Source of the DNA: a virus
Lineage: Duplodnaviria > Caudoviricetes
Reading direction: 5' to 3' (one strand)
Virus record (IMG/VR): IMGVR_UViG_2799113255_000001
Coordinates: 32,811-96,810 of that record
DNA length: 64,000 nt
Of this stretch, positions 1 to 9,592 are shown one piece after another; within the stretch, counting starts at the first letter, position 1, and each line of letters begins with the position of its first letter. The notes under the pieces are model-generated. The model was not told where the DNA came from, did not search any database, and worked only from the letters and a program-made list of their open reading frames with translations. Position numbers and translations under genes: made by a program.

Positions 1-178
1 CAGCGACGTCGAGGGTCTTGAGTTTTTCGAGCTTGTCGGCAACTTGCTTGCGCTGCTCCGATTTCAGTCGGAGCAGATTGCGCAGCTCCACATGCTCGCT
101 TCCGATCTCGATAAGCACTGGGGCATACTTGCGGTCTAGTTCCTCGCGCATAGCGTCGAGGGTGAATACGTTTGACAT
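1..178 (-). CDS. Tail assembly chaperone, N-terminal part (runs off window)
   Basis: Hand translation MSNVFTLDAMREELDRKYAPVLIEIG..., GAAAGG RBS, directly downstream of major tail gene. Confidence 0.85.
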   Translation of the reverse strand, partial: MSNVFTLDAMREELDRKYAPVLIEIGSEHVELRNLLRLKSEQRKQVADKLEKLKTLDVA

Positions 179-270
179 AGCGGGCCTTTCAAGTATTTAG
201 GCGGGCCAGTAAGAGAGGGGAGGGGCAGGCCCGCCAAGGTGTACCCCTCCCCGGTCAGACGACATATGAT

Positions 271-284
271 GGCCGTATGTCAAG
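271..284 (+). promoter_or_regulatory. Stoperator/operator GGCCGTATGTCAAG
   Basis: Identical to copies at 19609 and 20082; intergenic after major tail gene; reads CTTGACATACGGCC on the transcribed strand. Confidence 0.8.
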
Positions 285-287
285 TCC

Positions 288-1163
288 TTAATCCAGGAAA
301 ACCCCGGAGATCCAATCGAATAGGCGGCGAGCGCCCATCTTCAAGAACGTCATTTTGACCGGCAATCCGATGAACGAATCGACGTCCATCTCCACCGAGT
401 CATCACCACGGATCGATGCCTTGGGGGCGTAGAATCCGATTGAAGCGGGACCGTCTACGATGACCATCAGGACCGCACGTTCGATCGGAGCGAACGAACC
501 GTCGACACCGAACACGCCTGTGGCACCGGCTGCGTCAGGACCGTAGTAAAGCTCAAGGTTGTTCTTGTCGAACTGCTCCAGCTTGACAGTCACGAAATCC
601 ACTCGGGGGTCGCCCGATAGGGTTTCGCGGAGCGCCTTGTTCTGCCAGGTACCCTTTACTTCGGTGTCGCCGCCATCCTTGCCGAACTCAGGTAGATCAT
701 CGCGGGAAGTGTGACCAGTCAGAGCCCAACCGTTAGGAGCAGTGGTAACAGTCACGTTCGCGGCGGGAGTTGTTCCACCCGTTAGCGACCCGGTGGCCGA
801 AGTGGCTATTGCCGATCCTAGTTTCTCGCCTACGTACGCGATGGTGAATCCGTTGGTGTCGGAGATGGACGTGCCTGATACCAACACGTTCCCCGTGCCA
901 ACCGCTGCAAGAGCTTCCAGCGCTGCTTGTACTGCGGCTGCGGAAGCGTTGTAAGGCAATGCAGATGTGGTGTCACCGCCCGCAGTAACAGTCAGTGTTC
1001 CACCCGTGGGGGACCCTGTCACCTTGAGTGTGTGTACCTGAGCGCCGAACGTATCCGGGTCGAAGTTGTCAATCTCAGCGGGGGAGGGTGCTGCCGCGCC
1101 AATGGTATTGGTGTAGACGTAGCCTACGGCAGCTGTGATAACGGCGTCATCATCAAGAGCCAT
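288..1163 (-). CDS. Major tail protein with internal accessory domain
   Basis: MALDDDAVITAAVGYVY...GHTSRDDLPEFG..GGD.EVKGTWQ, typical of cluster A MTP; inserted TGGT..T...YNASAAAVQAALEAL domain. Confidence 0.9.
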   Translation of the reverse strand: MALDDDAVITAAVGYVYTNTIGAAAPSPAEIDNFDPDTFGAQVHTLKVTGSPTGGTLTVTAGGDTTSALPYNASAAAVQAALEALAAVGTGNVLVSGTSISDTNGFTIAYVGEKLGSAIATSATGSLTGGTTPAANVTVTTAPNGWALTGHTSRDDLPEFGKDGGDTEVKGTWQNKALRETLSGDPRVDFVTVKLEQFDKNNLELYYGPDAAGATGVFGVDGSFAPIERAVLMVIVDGPASIGFYAPKASIRGDDSVEMDVDSFIGLPVKMTFLKMGARRLFDWISGVFLD

Positions 1164-1170
1164 TGTTTCC

Positions 1171-1572
1171 TCAATTTCGTAGTGGCCGTAGGCCGAATTT
1201 GATTAGCCCTTGGACACGCCATGTGTCTGTGTATGGGGAGTCGAACTCGGTCGCCCCCATGGTTTCCTCCATCGAATGCAGATACCCATGGGCTGTTTGG
1301 GTCTGCCTTTTGACCGCGTCGTACAGTGCTAGTACCGCGTCGTCGTAGAGGTCGTAGGTGCTGTCTAAGTCTTCGTTCCCGATGAGGGTCAGTTCAATGA
1401 CAGGGAACGACAGTTGTCTTGGCCTACGTGGGTGTCTCGGCCCGCCTATGCGGCGCACGTTGAAGAACGGGAACCGCCGATAGTCGACGTTCTGAACCCA
1501 CGTATCGACAAGAGCGTCTGGAAACTTCGTCTGAAGGATCTCAACTACGGCGTCGGTAATCGACTGGGGCAA
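1171..1572 (-). CDS. Tail terminator
   Basis: Position before MTP; RRIGG and WRVQGLIKFGLRP motifs. Confidence 0.75.
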   Translation of the reverse strand: MPQSITDAVVEILQTKFPDALVDTWVQNVDYRRFPFFNVRRIGGPRHPRRPRQLSFPVIELTLIGNEDLDSTYDLYDDAVLALYDAVKRQTQTAHGYLHSMEETMGATEFDSPYTDTWRVQGLIKFGLRPLRN

Positions 1573-1923
1573 CTACTTCCCCTTCCGACGTGGACCTGAT
1601 CTAGGCGCAGCATCCAAACCTGATGCAGTAGAAAGGATGTAGAGACCGGGTACGTACTGGGGGTGGTCTTCATCCTTGTACTTGCCCTCTACCCAGTGGC
1701 CGAACTCGATAGACAGGGCGGCTTCGTCAACCAGGTTCACGAACCAGTCGACGTCGCCCTCGGTGCGGGTGATGTGCGCGGCTCCTGTGTCGTGGTGCAT
1801 CGCTAGCCGTCGTTGGGCTTGGACTTCCACCCGGCGAGCCGCGTCCCCGACTGCGTGATGTACACCTTCGAGGTGTGAGACCACACGGTTCATAGCCTTT
1901 TCACCGATAAGTCGTACGGACAT
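1573..1923 (-). CDS. Head-tail joining/neck protein
   Basis: MSVRLIG...ALSIEFGH...PGLYIL; start chosen at TGATG coupling. Confidence 0.7.
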   Translation of the reverse strand: MSVRLIGEKAMNRVVSHLEGVHHAVGDAARRVEVQAQRRLAMHHDTGAAHITRTEGDVDWFVNLVDEAALSIEFGHWVEGKYKDEDHPQYVPGLYILSTASGLDAAPRSGPRRKGK

Positions 1924-2285
1924 CAAGACCTCTGCATCAAGTACTCGACGTGGGCGGTGCGTGGAGATCCCATGTACCGCTGCGGTATCCCGAAGATTCC
2001 GTAGCGCTTGCCCTCCCATTCGATCTGGGATTGCATACCCAAGATCCCGTGATCCGCGTCGAACGAACGCGGAAACCGGATTCTGTAAAAGACCTCCGAC
2101 TCGAATCCCTCGTTGTCCTGTTCAGCACGTCGAGCCGACGTACCTGAAGACGATGCGACCTGAATGCGTGCCGGTGTCGGCACCCCTGTATCAGAAGCCT
2201 TAGTCGTTGTGTTCCCGTGACGGTTAGGTTCCGTAACCTGGGGATAGACAACGACGTCAGCGTTCATAACATCGAGCTGGCTCAT
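1923..2285 (-). CDS. Head-to-tail stopper
   Basis: MSQLD...SARRAEQDNEGF...SPRTAH; ATGA overlap with upstream gene. Confidence 0.75.
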   Translation of the reverse strand: MSQLDVMNADVVVYPQVTEPNRHGNTTTKASDTGVPTPARIQVASSSGTSARRAEQDNEGFESEVFYRIRFPRSFDADHGILGMQSQIEWEGKRYGIFGIPQRYMGSPRTAHVEYLMQRS

Positions 2286-2686
2286 ACCGGGAACCAGAAC
2301 TCGGGTTCGCAGGTGTACGCGATATCCGGGATCAACGGGGCGATGACGAACATCGCTTGTGAGATTCCTAGTAGCGCCCACTCGTTGTCGAGTATTTCCA
2401 GCTCGCCCGTAGCCGTCTTCCAGTTGATCTGATAGGAGTAGTTCCCGTCAGTTTCCCCGGTGTACGCGTTAGGGTTTCGGACCAGACGTACGACGGCGTT
2501 CGCCTCAATCATCTTGACGATCTCGACGTCGATTTTGTCGTCGGTTATCTGGTCGTCCAGGTCTGGGATTCGTGACCGGATGATCAGCTCTGCGTCGTTG
2601 AGGCGGGTGGCGACCATAGTCGCTTCGTCGGTGCTTAGTTCGCGTCCGAGACGTCCTGACACATCAGCAGGGGTTGCGTAAGCCAT
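2282..2686 (-). CDS. Head-to-tail adaptor
   Basis: MAYATPADV...RLVRNP..Y.GETDGNYSY. Confidence 0.8.
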   Translation of the reverse strand: MAYATPADVSGRLGRELSTDEATMVATRLNDAELIIRSRIPDLDDQITDDKIDVEIVKMIEANAVVRLVRNPNAYTGETDGNYSYQINWKTATGELEILDNEWALLGISQAMFVIAPLIPDIAYTCEPEFWFPV

Positions 2687-2702
2687 GAGTACCCCTTCCA
2701 AG

Positions 2703-2740
2703 GGAAGGGAGGGGGCCTCCGAAGAAGCCCCCTCCGTTCA
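2703..2740 (-). terminator. Hairpin after capsid gene
   Basis: GGAGGGGGC...GCCCCCTCC inverted repeat. Confidence 0.5.
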
Positions 2741-2749
2741 GTTCAGATG

Positions 2750-3997
2750 TCAGACGACAGTGACGCTGGGTGAGCCACCGGTCAGGCCGGTGCCGTCGAT
2801 CTCCAGCAGACCCGGAACGGTGACGGTGTAGGTTCCAGCGGAACCGGTCACAGTCACATCGGCGGCGGCTACGCCGTCGTCAATCGCCACGATCGCGGAC
2901 TTCACAGCGGAAGCCGCTGCGTTGTAGGCGATGTCGGCGGAAGGCTTGCCGTTGAGAGACAACTTAAAGTTGCCCGCAGTAGCGCCGCCCAGGGCGACCG
3001 TGTAGGTCGTGGTACCACGGTTGGAGAACTTGACGAAGCCCTGCTTGTCACCCAGAACCCATCCGAAGGTGCACTCCACCAGGATTGCGATCTGGTTGGT
3101 CTGCCACAGCGACACGGTCTGGTTGTTGGCATCGGTCAGCGAGGCGGTGTCGCTGATCTTGATCCGAACCTGGTCAGCGAAGCCCCAACGCAGCTGCGAG
3201 AAGTCACCACCGATGATGCGCAGACCCGAGTCGGTGGCGGCGTCCAGGTCGCCGCCCACGGCGCGACCGAAGTGTGCCGGGAGACCGAGGATGTCGGTTA
3301 CACCGGCGTTCAGGTTGACGCGGGCCGGGTCGATGTTGCCGTTGGCGTCACGGAAGACCGAGGCACGGGCCAGGGTGGAGCGGAACCGGGGGTCTACCGC
3401 CCAACCGTCGAAGTTGAACTTCGAGTCTTGGTTCACCAGGTCGTAACCGTCAAGCAGGCCATCCATGATGTTGCCCGCAGTCAGGTTCTTGTAGTTGGTG
3501 GTGTTGGCGATGACGTTGTCGGTGTCAATACCCTGGAGAGCGGTACCGCGCAGAGCGTCCAAACCGTGGAACACGGCAAGGTCTACGGCGCGACCGATCG
3601 CGTACGGCAGGTCAGCTTGGAGCTGCGTGTACAGACCAGCGGGGTTCTTCCGCGCGAACTCTTCTGCGGCAGTGACGATGGTAGCCATCTTGATCGGGCT
3701 AAACGACTTGGTATCCCACGCAGTACCGCTCAGCGGCTTAACGCCACCTTCTCGCTGTGCGTTGGAAGTACCGGTGCCGACCTGACCGACAGCGGGACGC
3801 TTGGTCGTGGTGGGAATCACAGTTTCGCCGTAGGTTACAGGGATCTGCTGGCCCAGCTGGAGGACTAGCGAGTGTTCCTGCGCCTGATCGAAGATCGGCC
3901 CAACTACTGTCGGGGGCAGAAGCTCGGACGGCGTAGTTGCCAACCGGCCCTGGTGGTTATCGCTCGAATTCGGAGCGAGTTCGTTCAAACCTGCCAT
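2750..3997 (-). CDS. Major capsid protein with C-terminal extension
   Basis: MAGLNEL...cluster-A capsid motifs, GDFSQL...SLWQTNQIAILVE; ~85-aa C-terminal extension. Confidence 0.92.
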   Translation of the reverse strand: MAGLNELAPNSSDNHQGRLATTPSELLPPTVVGPIFDQAQEHSLVLQLGQQIPVTYGETVIPTTTKRPAVGQVGTGTSNAQREGGVKPLSGTAWDTKSFSPIKMATIVTAAEEFARKNPAGLYTQLQADLPYAIGRAVDLAVFHGLDALRGTALQGIDTDNVIANTTNYKNLTAGNIMDGLLDGYDLVNQDSKFNFDGWAVDPRFRSTLARASVFRDANGNIDPARVNLNAGVTDILGLPAHFGRAVGGDLDAATDSGLRIIGGDFSQLRWGFADQVRIKISDTASLTDANNQTVSLWQTNQIAILVECTFGWVLGDKQGFVKFSNRGTTTYTVALGGATAGNFKLSLNGKPSADIAYNAAASAVKSAIVAIDDGVAAADVTVTGSAGTYTVTVPGLLEIDGTGLTGGSPSVTVV

Positions 3998-4009
3998 GTG
4001 AGGCGTTCC

Positions 4010-4519
4010 TTATCTTGTAAGTTGTGAGTTGAGAAGTGCGGCGAAGGCGTCGGCGGGGCTTGCGCTCGTAGCCGCACCACGGCCCTGTGACGGGTCGTAG
4101 GCGGGCGAAGTCCCCAGCGAGCTACCGAAGATCGACTTCAGTTCCGCCGCATGGGCTGTCAGTTCGTCCTCCGTGGTCCCCTGGAGCGTCTTGGCGAAAG
4201 CGAAGATCTTGTCGTTGGGGACTTCGGCCTTGATAGCCGTGACCAACTTGTCGAAGTCGGTCTGAATCGAGGCACTTGCGTTGACCGCCTGGGTCTTTTC
4301 CGCAGTCAAGGAAGCAACTTGCTCCTGTGCTGACTGCAATGCGTTGTTGGCCTCTCGGAGTTGGACGCGGTAATTAGCCGCCTCCTGGTTCGCAGATGAG
4401 ATCTGCTGACGTGCCCAGTCGGGAAGGTCGTCTTCTTTGGACGTCTTCGCAGCGGGCGGTGTCGGCTTCGGTGCCTCGGGTGCAGTGGCTTCCGGGCTTT
4501 CGGTGACGGTTTCTGACAT
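4010..4519 (-). CDS. Scaffolding protein
   Basis: LPDWAR..EAANYR coiled coil, LQGTTEDEL, DPSQGRG; lies before capsid. Confidence 0.85.
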   Translation of the reverse strand: MSETVTESPEATAPEAPKPTPPAAKTSKEDDLPDWARQQISSANQEAANYRVQLREANNALQSAQEQVASLTAEKTQAVNASASIQTDFDKLVTAIKAEVPNDKIFAFAKTLQGTTEDELTAHAAELKSIFGSSLGTSPAYDPSQGRGAATSASPADAFAALLNSQLTR

Positions 4520-4588
4520 GAAAAGTGCCTCCTGGGCATGAAAAAAGCGCCCACCTGGGGCGCTTGGATGTGACGGGCCGACGAAGGG

Positions 4589-5500
4589 CTACGCGACGAA
4601 CGCGAAGTCTTCGGGTTTGATTTCGCCGCGAGACAACCGGCGGCGCAGGGCGTTGATCACGTCGTCGTTCAACGTGATCGGCTTGCCCTTGTTCTTTCCT
4701 GCCGTGTAGACACGGTCGGGTTCTTGTTCACGAAGTTTCTTGGCTTCGTTGGTCGCTTCGATCCACAGCTTTTCGGCTTTGAGATATGCGGCCTTACCTG
4801 CCCAGTCTTCGTTTTTGAACACCGGAACGACCTTGCAGTCACATCCGGTATGCCATTGCTCCATGTAGTCGGAGATATCTTCACCGTTCAGGTGCATCTC
4901 GACAGCGGAGAGGTGGTCGAGGTCAAGACCCGCTGTGACGGCGTCCATGTAGACCGGACCACGGGAGATGAGCATCAGGCACCACGCGCAGGTTTCCCTA
5001 CCTGTGGCTACCCGCGCCCACCCCTGAACACGACGAGACTTCTTGCGAAGATCCTCTTCTGAGAGTTCGTCGGCTAGATCGGTGTCAGATTCGACAGCTT
5101 GGATAATCTGACGTCTAGCACCGTTCTCTACTGACCGAACCGCGCGGAGCGCGATGTGCTCTACCGCGTCTCGGCTAGACCTCATCTCCATCAGATCCCG
5201 GCGAACCGGTTCCATGTCGAACACAAAGTCGCTGAACTCGTAGTTCTCGATGAACCGGTCATGCCTTGGCAGATCGGGGAAATGCATTGCCCGCTGGTCG
5301 TCGTAGAACTTACGACCGAGAACCGCTGAATCCCAACGGCCTTGTTGTACCGCAGGGAACAGCAGTTCTAGAGACTTGCCCCAGTTGGCAAGGGACAGCG
5401 ATTGTCCTGCCGCCACGATGAATTGGGCGAACGACTCTACGTACCTAGCGACGGCTGCGGAGATGGCGAGCTGTGCGGCTGCGTACTCCTCCGGTGTCAC
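4589..5500 (-). CDS. Capsid maturation protease/MuF-like protein
   Basis: WARVATGRETCAWCLMLISRGPVY and HTGCDC motifs; between portal and scaffold. Confidence 0.85.
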   Translation of the reverse strand: MTPEEYAAAQLAISAAVARYVESFAQFIVAAGQSLSLANWGKSLELLFPAVQQGRWDSAVLGRKFYDDQRAMHFPDLPRHDRFIENYEFSDFVFDMEPVRRDLMEMRSSRDAVEHIALRAVRSVENGARRQIIQAVESDTDLADELSEEDLRKKSRRVQGWARVATGRETCAWCLMLISRGPVYMDAVTAGLDLDHLSAVEMHLNGEDISDYMEQWHTGCDCKVVPVFKNEDWAGKAAYLKAEKLWIEATNEAKKLREQEPDRVYTAGKNKGKPITLNDDVINALRRRLSRGEIKPEDFAFVA

Positions 5501-6936
5501 TTCGTACTACCGGTGCTAGCGGGCTTCTTGGTCGCAGGGTCCGGTTTAGGTGTCGCATCGGCAACGGCCTTCGTCTGCGCGTAGAGGTCGGTGAGGATCG
5601 ACTGACGATCCTCGGCGTCCCACTCGCGCATCTGGTCGCGCTGCTCCGAGGTGTATCCGAGATCAATTCGGGTTTGTTCTTTGGGGACTGGGCCTTGTCC
5701 GTTGGCGTACAGCTTGGTAGCCGCGTCTGCCTTAGCCGAGATCGTCGGCGTGGCCGGGTCGCGCCACACGGTCTCAAGCCGGTGGTACTCCTCGGGGACT
5801 TCCTTACCCATGACCTTGGTGGCGAGGCGCATAGCGCGCTCCCACGATCCTCCGAACATCCGCGCCTTGCGCTCGCACGTCTTGACCAACCGCGACTCGG
5901 AAGCCTGGATGGCTTCCGCCGAGGCGGGGTTGTCTGACGAAAACGAAAGGTACTGCGGGGGCAGGCCGGTGTACGCGGCGAACTGCTTAGCGAGTTCGTT
6001 CAGCTCCTCAGCGAAGTTGCGTAGGTCTGCTGCCTTGAACTCGAAGGACTTGCCGTTCGGATTCGAGAGCGCCAGAAAACGCCCGTAGTACAACTCGGCT
6101 GTAGACGCCACGTTGCCGTCGACGTTGGTCAACTGACCCCGGTCGACGCCGAAGAACCCTCGTAGGGGTACAGCGATAAGTTCCGAAGCCGCTTGCAGGT
6201 TCATCAGAGTTCGGGCGGCTGCGTCGGTAAGGGATCGGATCTCCGGCGAGATCTCGGACTGGCCCTGTCTGTCGGACAGCTTGGCGCGGTTGACCAACGG
6301 GACAACCGGGACAACACCAAGGTTGTGAACCACAGGCTTGCCGTCCTGAATCCACTTCGACGCCTGCCCCTGGTCACGGCGTAGGTAAATGGTTCGATCG
6401 GGGAGCAGGAGAGTCGCGGCGTCTGCTACAGCTCGTCCTTCGATAAGTGCGTTGGGGTCTGTGGAGTCGAGGTGGTAGAACCGACAAGCCCTCGTCACGT
6501 TGTGGGTACGCGGGTCTAGCTCCGCGTACATCGACAGCGGGGATTCCAACCGGATCAGCGGGTAGTCCGCGTCGTCGTTGGGTCCGGGGGCTGCAATGGT
6601 TATGTACGAACGTCGGAACGTCATGGCGTCCATGTGGCCTAGACCCGACTCTTCGTCCAGATCGTTGTCCTGCCACCACTGCCAAAGTTCCTCTACGCCT
6701 TCGGATTGTCCGTTGACTCGGAACCCTTCGACGTCTAGTCGTTCCTCGATGGCGCGTAGGTACAACGCGGGCCAACCGACGTTCACCCGAAGCTTTCGCA
6801 TCTCGGGGGGTACGCCGAGGCCGATGGTCTCCAGCCTGTAGCTGGAGTCCAAATACGACTCAGACTGTTGAAGTTCGCCCATCTGGCCAGATAGGACTTT
6901 CTGGAGGTGGGTTACGTGGTCCTCGTATTCCGTCAC
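5497..6936 (-). CDS. Portal protein
   Basis: SPP1-like portal motifs (NPASAEAI, ETVWRDPATPT); GTGA-coupled start after terminase. Confidence 0.9.
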   Translation of the reverse strand: MTEYEDHVTHLQKVLSGQMGELQQSESYLDSSYRLETIGLGVPPEMRKLRVNVGWPALYLRAIEERLDVEGFRVNGQSEGVEELWQWWQDNDLDEESGLGHMDAMTFRRSYITIAAPGPNDDADYPLIRLESPLSMYAELDPRTHNVTRACRFYHLDSTDPNALIEGRAVADAATLLLPDRTIYLRRDQGQASKWIQDGKPVVHNLGVVPVVPLVNRAKLSDRQGQSEISPEIRSLTDAAARTLMNLQAASELIAVPLRGFFGVDRGQLTNVDGNVASTAELYYGRFLALSNPNGKSFEFKAADLRNFAEELNELAKQFAAYTGLPPQYLSFSSDNPASAEAIQASESRLVKTCERKARMFGGSWERAMRLATKVMGKEVPEEYHRLETVWRDPATPTISAKADAATKLYANGQGPVPKEQTRIDLGYTSEQRDQMREWDAEDRQSILTDLYAQTKAVADATPKPDPATKKPASTGSTK

Positions 6937-8612
6937 GCGTACACCACCCCTCCCTGTCCAGAGTTGTTGTTGCCCATAAGGAATTCCTGTCTGCAACCGA
7001 AAGCCAGAACTGCACAAACAGCGGCGTCGATCTTGCGCTTTGAGTCTTTAGTGGCCTTGCGGATCGCTATGGCGTCGTACGTCGTCGGAAACCGCTTGGC
7101 GTTCAACACATGCGCTCGAAGAACTGGATCTCCGTCGTGGACTACCTCTCGTTCGATAACTGCGTCTAGGAACCGCTCGCAATCAAGCGCGAACTTCTTT
7201 TGGTTCCCGCGCATGTCAAAGGCGACAGGGTTGTTCGGAGATGCGTTGACTTTCAGCCGGTCCTTGAAATCGCGGCCCCACAGGTCGACGTACGCCTCGA
7301 ACTCCTTGACGTCAGCCCTGAAACCGACTACGTCGTAAGCCTCGAAACACGACCGGACAGTTGCATCTACCTGATCTCGGGGGACTTCCTCTCCTGGGAA
7401 CTTCAGCGGGTTCCACGCGTTGATCAAGAACAACATCCCGTCGTGTACCCGACAAGCAACCAACGCCGTCCAGTCGTTCGACTTAGATCCGTCGAACCCC
7501 AACGTGATTCGATCGCCTTTGTTGAGTTTGTACAACGGGTCGTACATCGCCAACCGGTCCCACTGCGTAGGCGCTATCCACGCGTCCTCTGCTGCGTTGA
7601 CCTGGTTTAGAAACTTTCGGCGGGACTCTGTGATCGGGTTCTTGACGTCTAGGATCGACTTGACGATTTCATCGACGGGGAGCCAATACGAATCACCACG
7701 CGCTACCTCCACACCCTGGCGTAGCTTTTCTACGCCAGCTGCGAAGCCCTCGGGGTCTTCCTTCTCGGAAGGGATCTCGGATACCGGTGTATCCGGGGGT
7801 GCTTCTAAAGCGTCGTAGAGAAGCCCTGTATCTACCGCCGAACCTTGTTCGATCGCGGCCCATGTGTCGTACACACGCTCGGCTACGGAGTCGTTTCCGG
7901 GGATGTGGGCGTTGCAGATAGCCAACTTCCGAGAACCCGGTATCTTGGTCACGTTGCCTTCGATCACCGCGTCCATCGCGTGACCGTCGTTTACTTCACC
8001 CGACGGTCCCGAACCCCACCACTGTATTTCGTTCTCAATGACGAACGTGGGTCGGTTGCCCTCCATGGACGCGGGCGACGAAGTCGCGGCGCTGATCTGG
8101 CCACCGATCTCCGAGTAGATGACGAACTTGTTGACATCTAGCCCGTAGGTCTTTCGCAGCCTGTTCGAGATCATTACGGGGAACAGCGAAAAGGTGTTCT
8201 TCGTCTGATCTTGGCTGACCGCCGCAACCGTGATCCACGCAGCGTGCCGGGGTTTACCTACCGGATTATCGTTCTCGTCAAAGTCTGAAAACGCAACGGG
8301 GCCACACAGTTCTACGAGCGCCAGGGCCGCTACCAGCGGGTCCTTTCCTGCGCCCTTCATCCTGCGGAAGCAACCTTCTCGGTATACGTATTGCCCTGCT
8401 TCGTCTACCGCATACCACCAGAGAAGGAACCGAGCCTGCTCTAGCGTGGGTATGAATGGTCCAGCCCCTGCGGGGGAGTTGACGTACTCATACAGCCAAT
8501 TGATAACGCCCCACCCGAGAGTCTTCTCGGGTAGATGCCAACCGCCGTCCACCGTCTTCTGCCAAACAGGTCCGATGATGTGTGGGGGAGTCGGAGCAAG
8601 CTCTACGGTCAC
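6933..8612 (-). CDS. Terminase large subunit
   Basis: RRMKGAGKD Walker A-like, LGFDGS..D nuclease motif, KIDAAV. Confidence 0.93.
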   Translation of the reverse strand: MTVELAPTPPHIIGPVWQKTVDGGWHLPEKTLGWGVINWLYEYVNSPAGAGPFIPTLEQARFLLWWYAVDEAGQYVYREGCFRRMKGAGKDPLVAALALVELCGPVAFSDFDENDNPVGKPRHAAWITVAAVSQDQTKNTFSLFPVMISNRLRKTYGLDVNKFVIYSEIGGQISAATSSPASMEGNRPTFVIENEIQWWGSGPSGEVNDGHAMDAVIEGNVTKIPGSRKLAICNAHIPGNDSVAERVYDTWAAIEQGSAVDTGLLYDALEAPPDTPVSEIPSEKEDPEGFAAGVEKLRQGVEVARGDSYWLPVDEIVKSILDVKNPITESRRKFLNQVNAAEDAWIAPTQWDRLAMYDPLYKLNKGDRITLGFDGSKSNDWTALVACRVHDGMLFLINAWNPLKFPGEEVPRDQVDATVRSCFEAYDVVGFRADVKEFEAYVDLWGRDFKDRLKVNASPNNPVAFDMRGNQKKFALDCERFLDAVIEREVVHDGDPVLRAHVLNAKRFPTTYDAIAIRKATKDSKRKIDAAVCAVLAFGCRQEFLMGNNNSGQGGVVYA

Positions 8613-8629
8613 TCCGACCCCCTCTCTCT

Positions 8630-9592
8630 TTAGATGTCTCTCAAGAACCTCACGGCGGGTTCCCAGTTGTAGTTGTGCGGGTTCAGGTTCGAGAAGAACG
8701 TCAGGGCGTCGATCATGGCTTGAGCCATAGCGAGACCTTCCTGAAGTGGACGCTGACCCAGCTCAATCAACTGGTGCACAATCGAATCCGGGCCGTCAAA
8801 CCAGTCCGTCGCCTTGAAGACGATCTTGCAGATAGCACGCTTGTACTCGTCTTTGTCGTTGTCGAAGTTGCACGCGTACATGTCTTTACGGTGTGCGTAG
8901 TCCCGCACCTCGAACGGTGCGTCTTCCAGACCCTCCAACAGGTCCCACGCCACAATGCCGTGCGACTCCGGTGGGGCTATCTCGTAGATCCACTCATCAA
9001 AGTGCGCGATGCCCTTCTGGCGCATCGGGTTACCCCAGAAGACAACCTTCTGTACATCGCCAAGACGGTGATGCAGAGAGCCGTTCGGGTCCATGATCTC
9101 GTGCTTGAGAACCATCGCCACCGCAACCGCGCCTTGGGAATACCCGGCTAGGTTGATCTTCCCCGGCTTGGAGTTGATCTGTAGCACCAATTCGTTGTAC
9201 GCCTGCATGATCGAAGGCCACATCGGGAATGCCGACGCGGAGTAGTTACCGATCGGCTGCCACCGGTAGAGGTCCGAGACCTCCCGAGCGACGTCGGCGG
9301 GGATACCCGGACCCAGCGGGTCGGGCTGGCCTGTGCCGTGGACGGTGAACAGCCACGGCTTCTCTACAACCGCGATTCCCAGGGCTCTAAGGTCGTCGTC
9401 GGACACGATTCCGTCGATAGGTTGCCCGGTACGGCGTTCGTATTCCCACTGCCACGTACGGGCCCTGGGGCCGTATTCGTCGGTGTCCTGGGGTAGTTCG
9501 CCGCACGTACGGGCGTACCCCGCGAACCGCTTGACCATGACCCGTCGCCACTCACGAACCGTTTCGTTGCGGTCCCCGAGGCTAATTGGCAT
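8630..9592 (-). CDS. lysB: Lysin B (mycolylarabinogalactan esterase)
   Basis: N-terminal PG-binding-like region, GYSQG serine motif, GNP. Confidence 0.88.
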   Translation of the reverse strand: MPISLGDRNETVREWRRVMVKRFAGYARTCGELPQDTDEYGPRARTWQWEYERRTGQPIDGIVSDDDLRALGIAVVEKPWLFTVHGTGQPDPLGPGIPADVAREVSDLYRWQPIGNYSASAFPMWPSIMQAYNELVLQINSKPGKINLAGYSQGAVAVAMVLKHEIMDPNGSLHHRLGDVQKVVFWGNPMRQKGIAHFDEWIYEIAPPESHGIVAWDLLEGLEDAPFEVRDYAHRKDMYACNFDNDKDEYKRAICKIVFKATDWFDGPDSIVHQLIELGQRPLQEGLAMAQAMIDALTFFSNLNPHNYNWEPAVRFLRDI

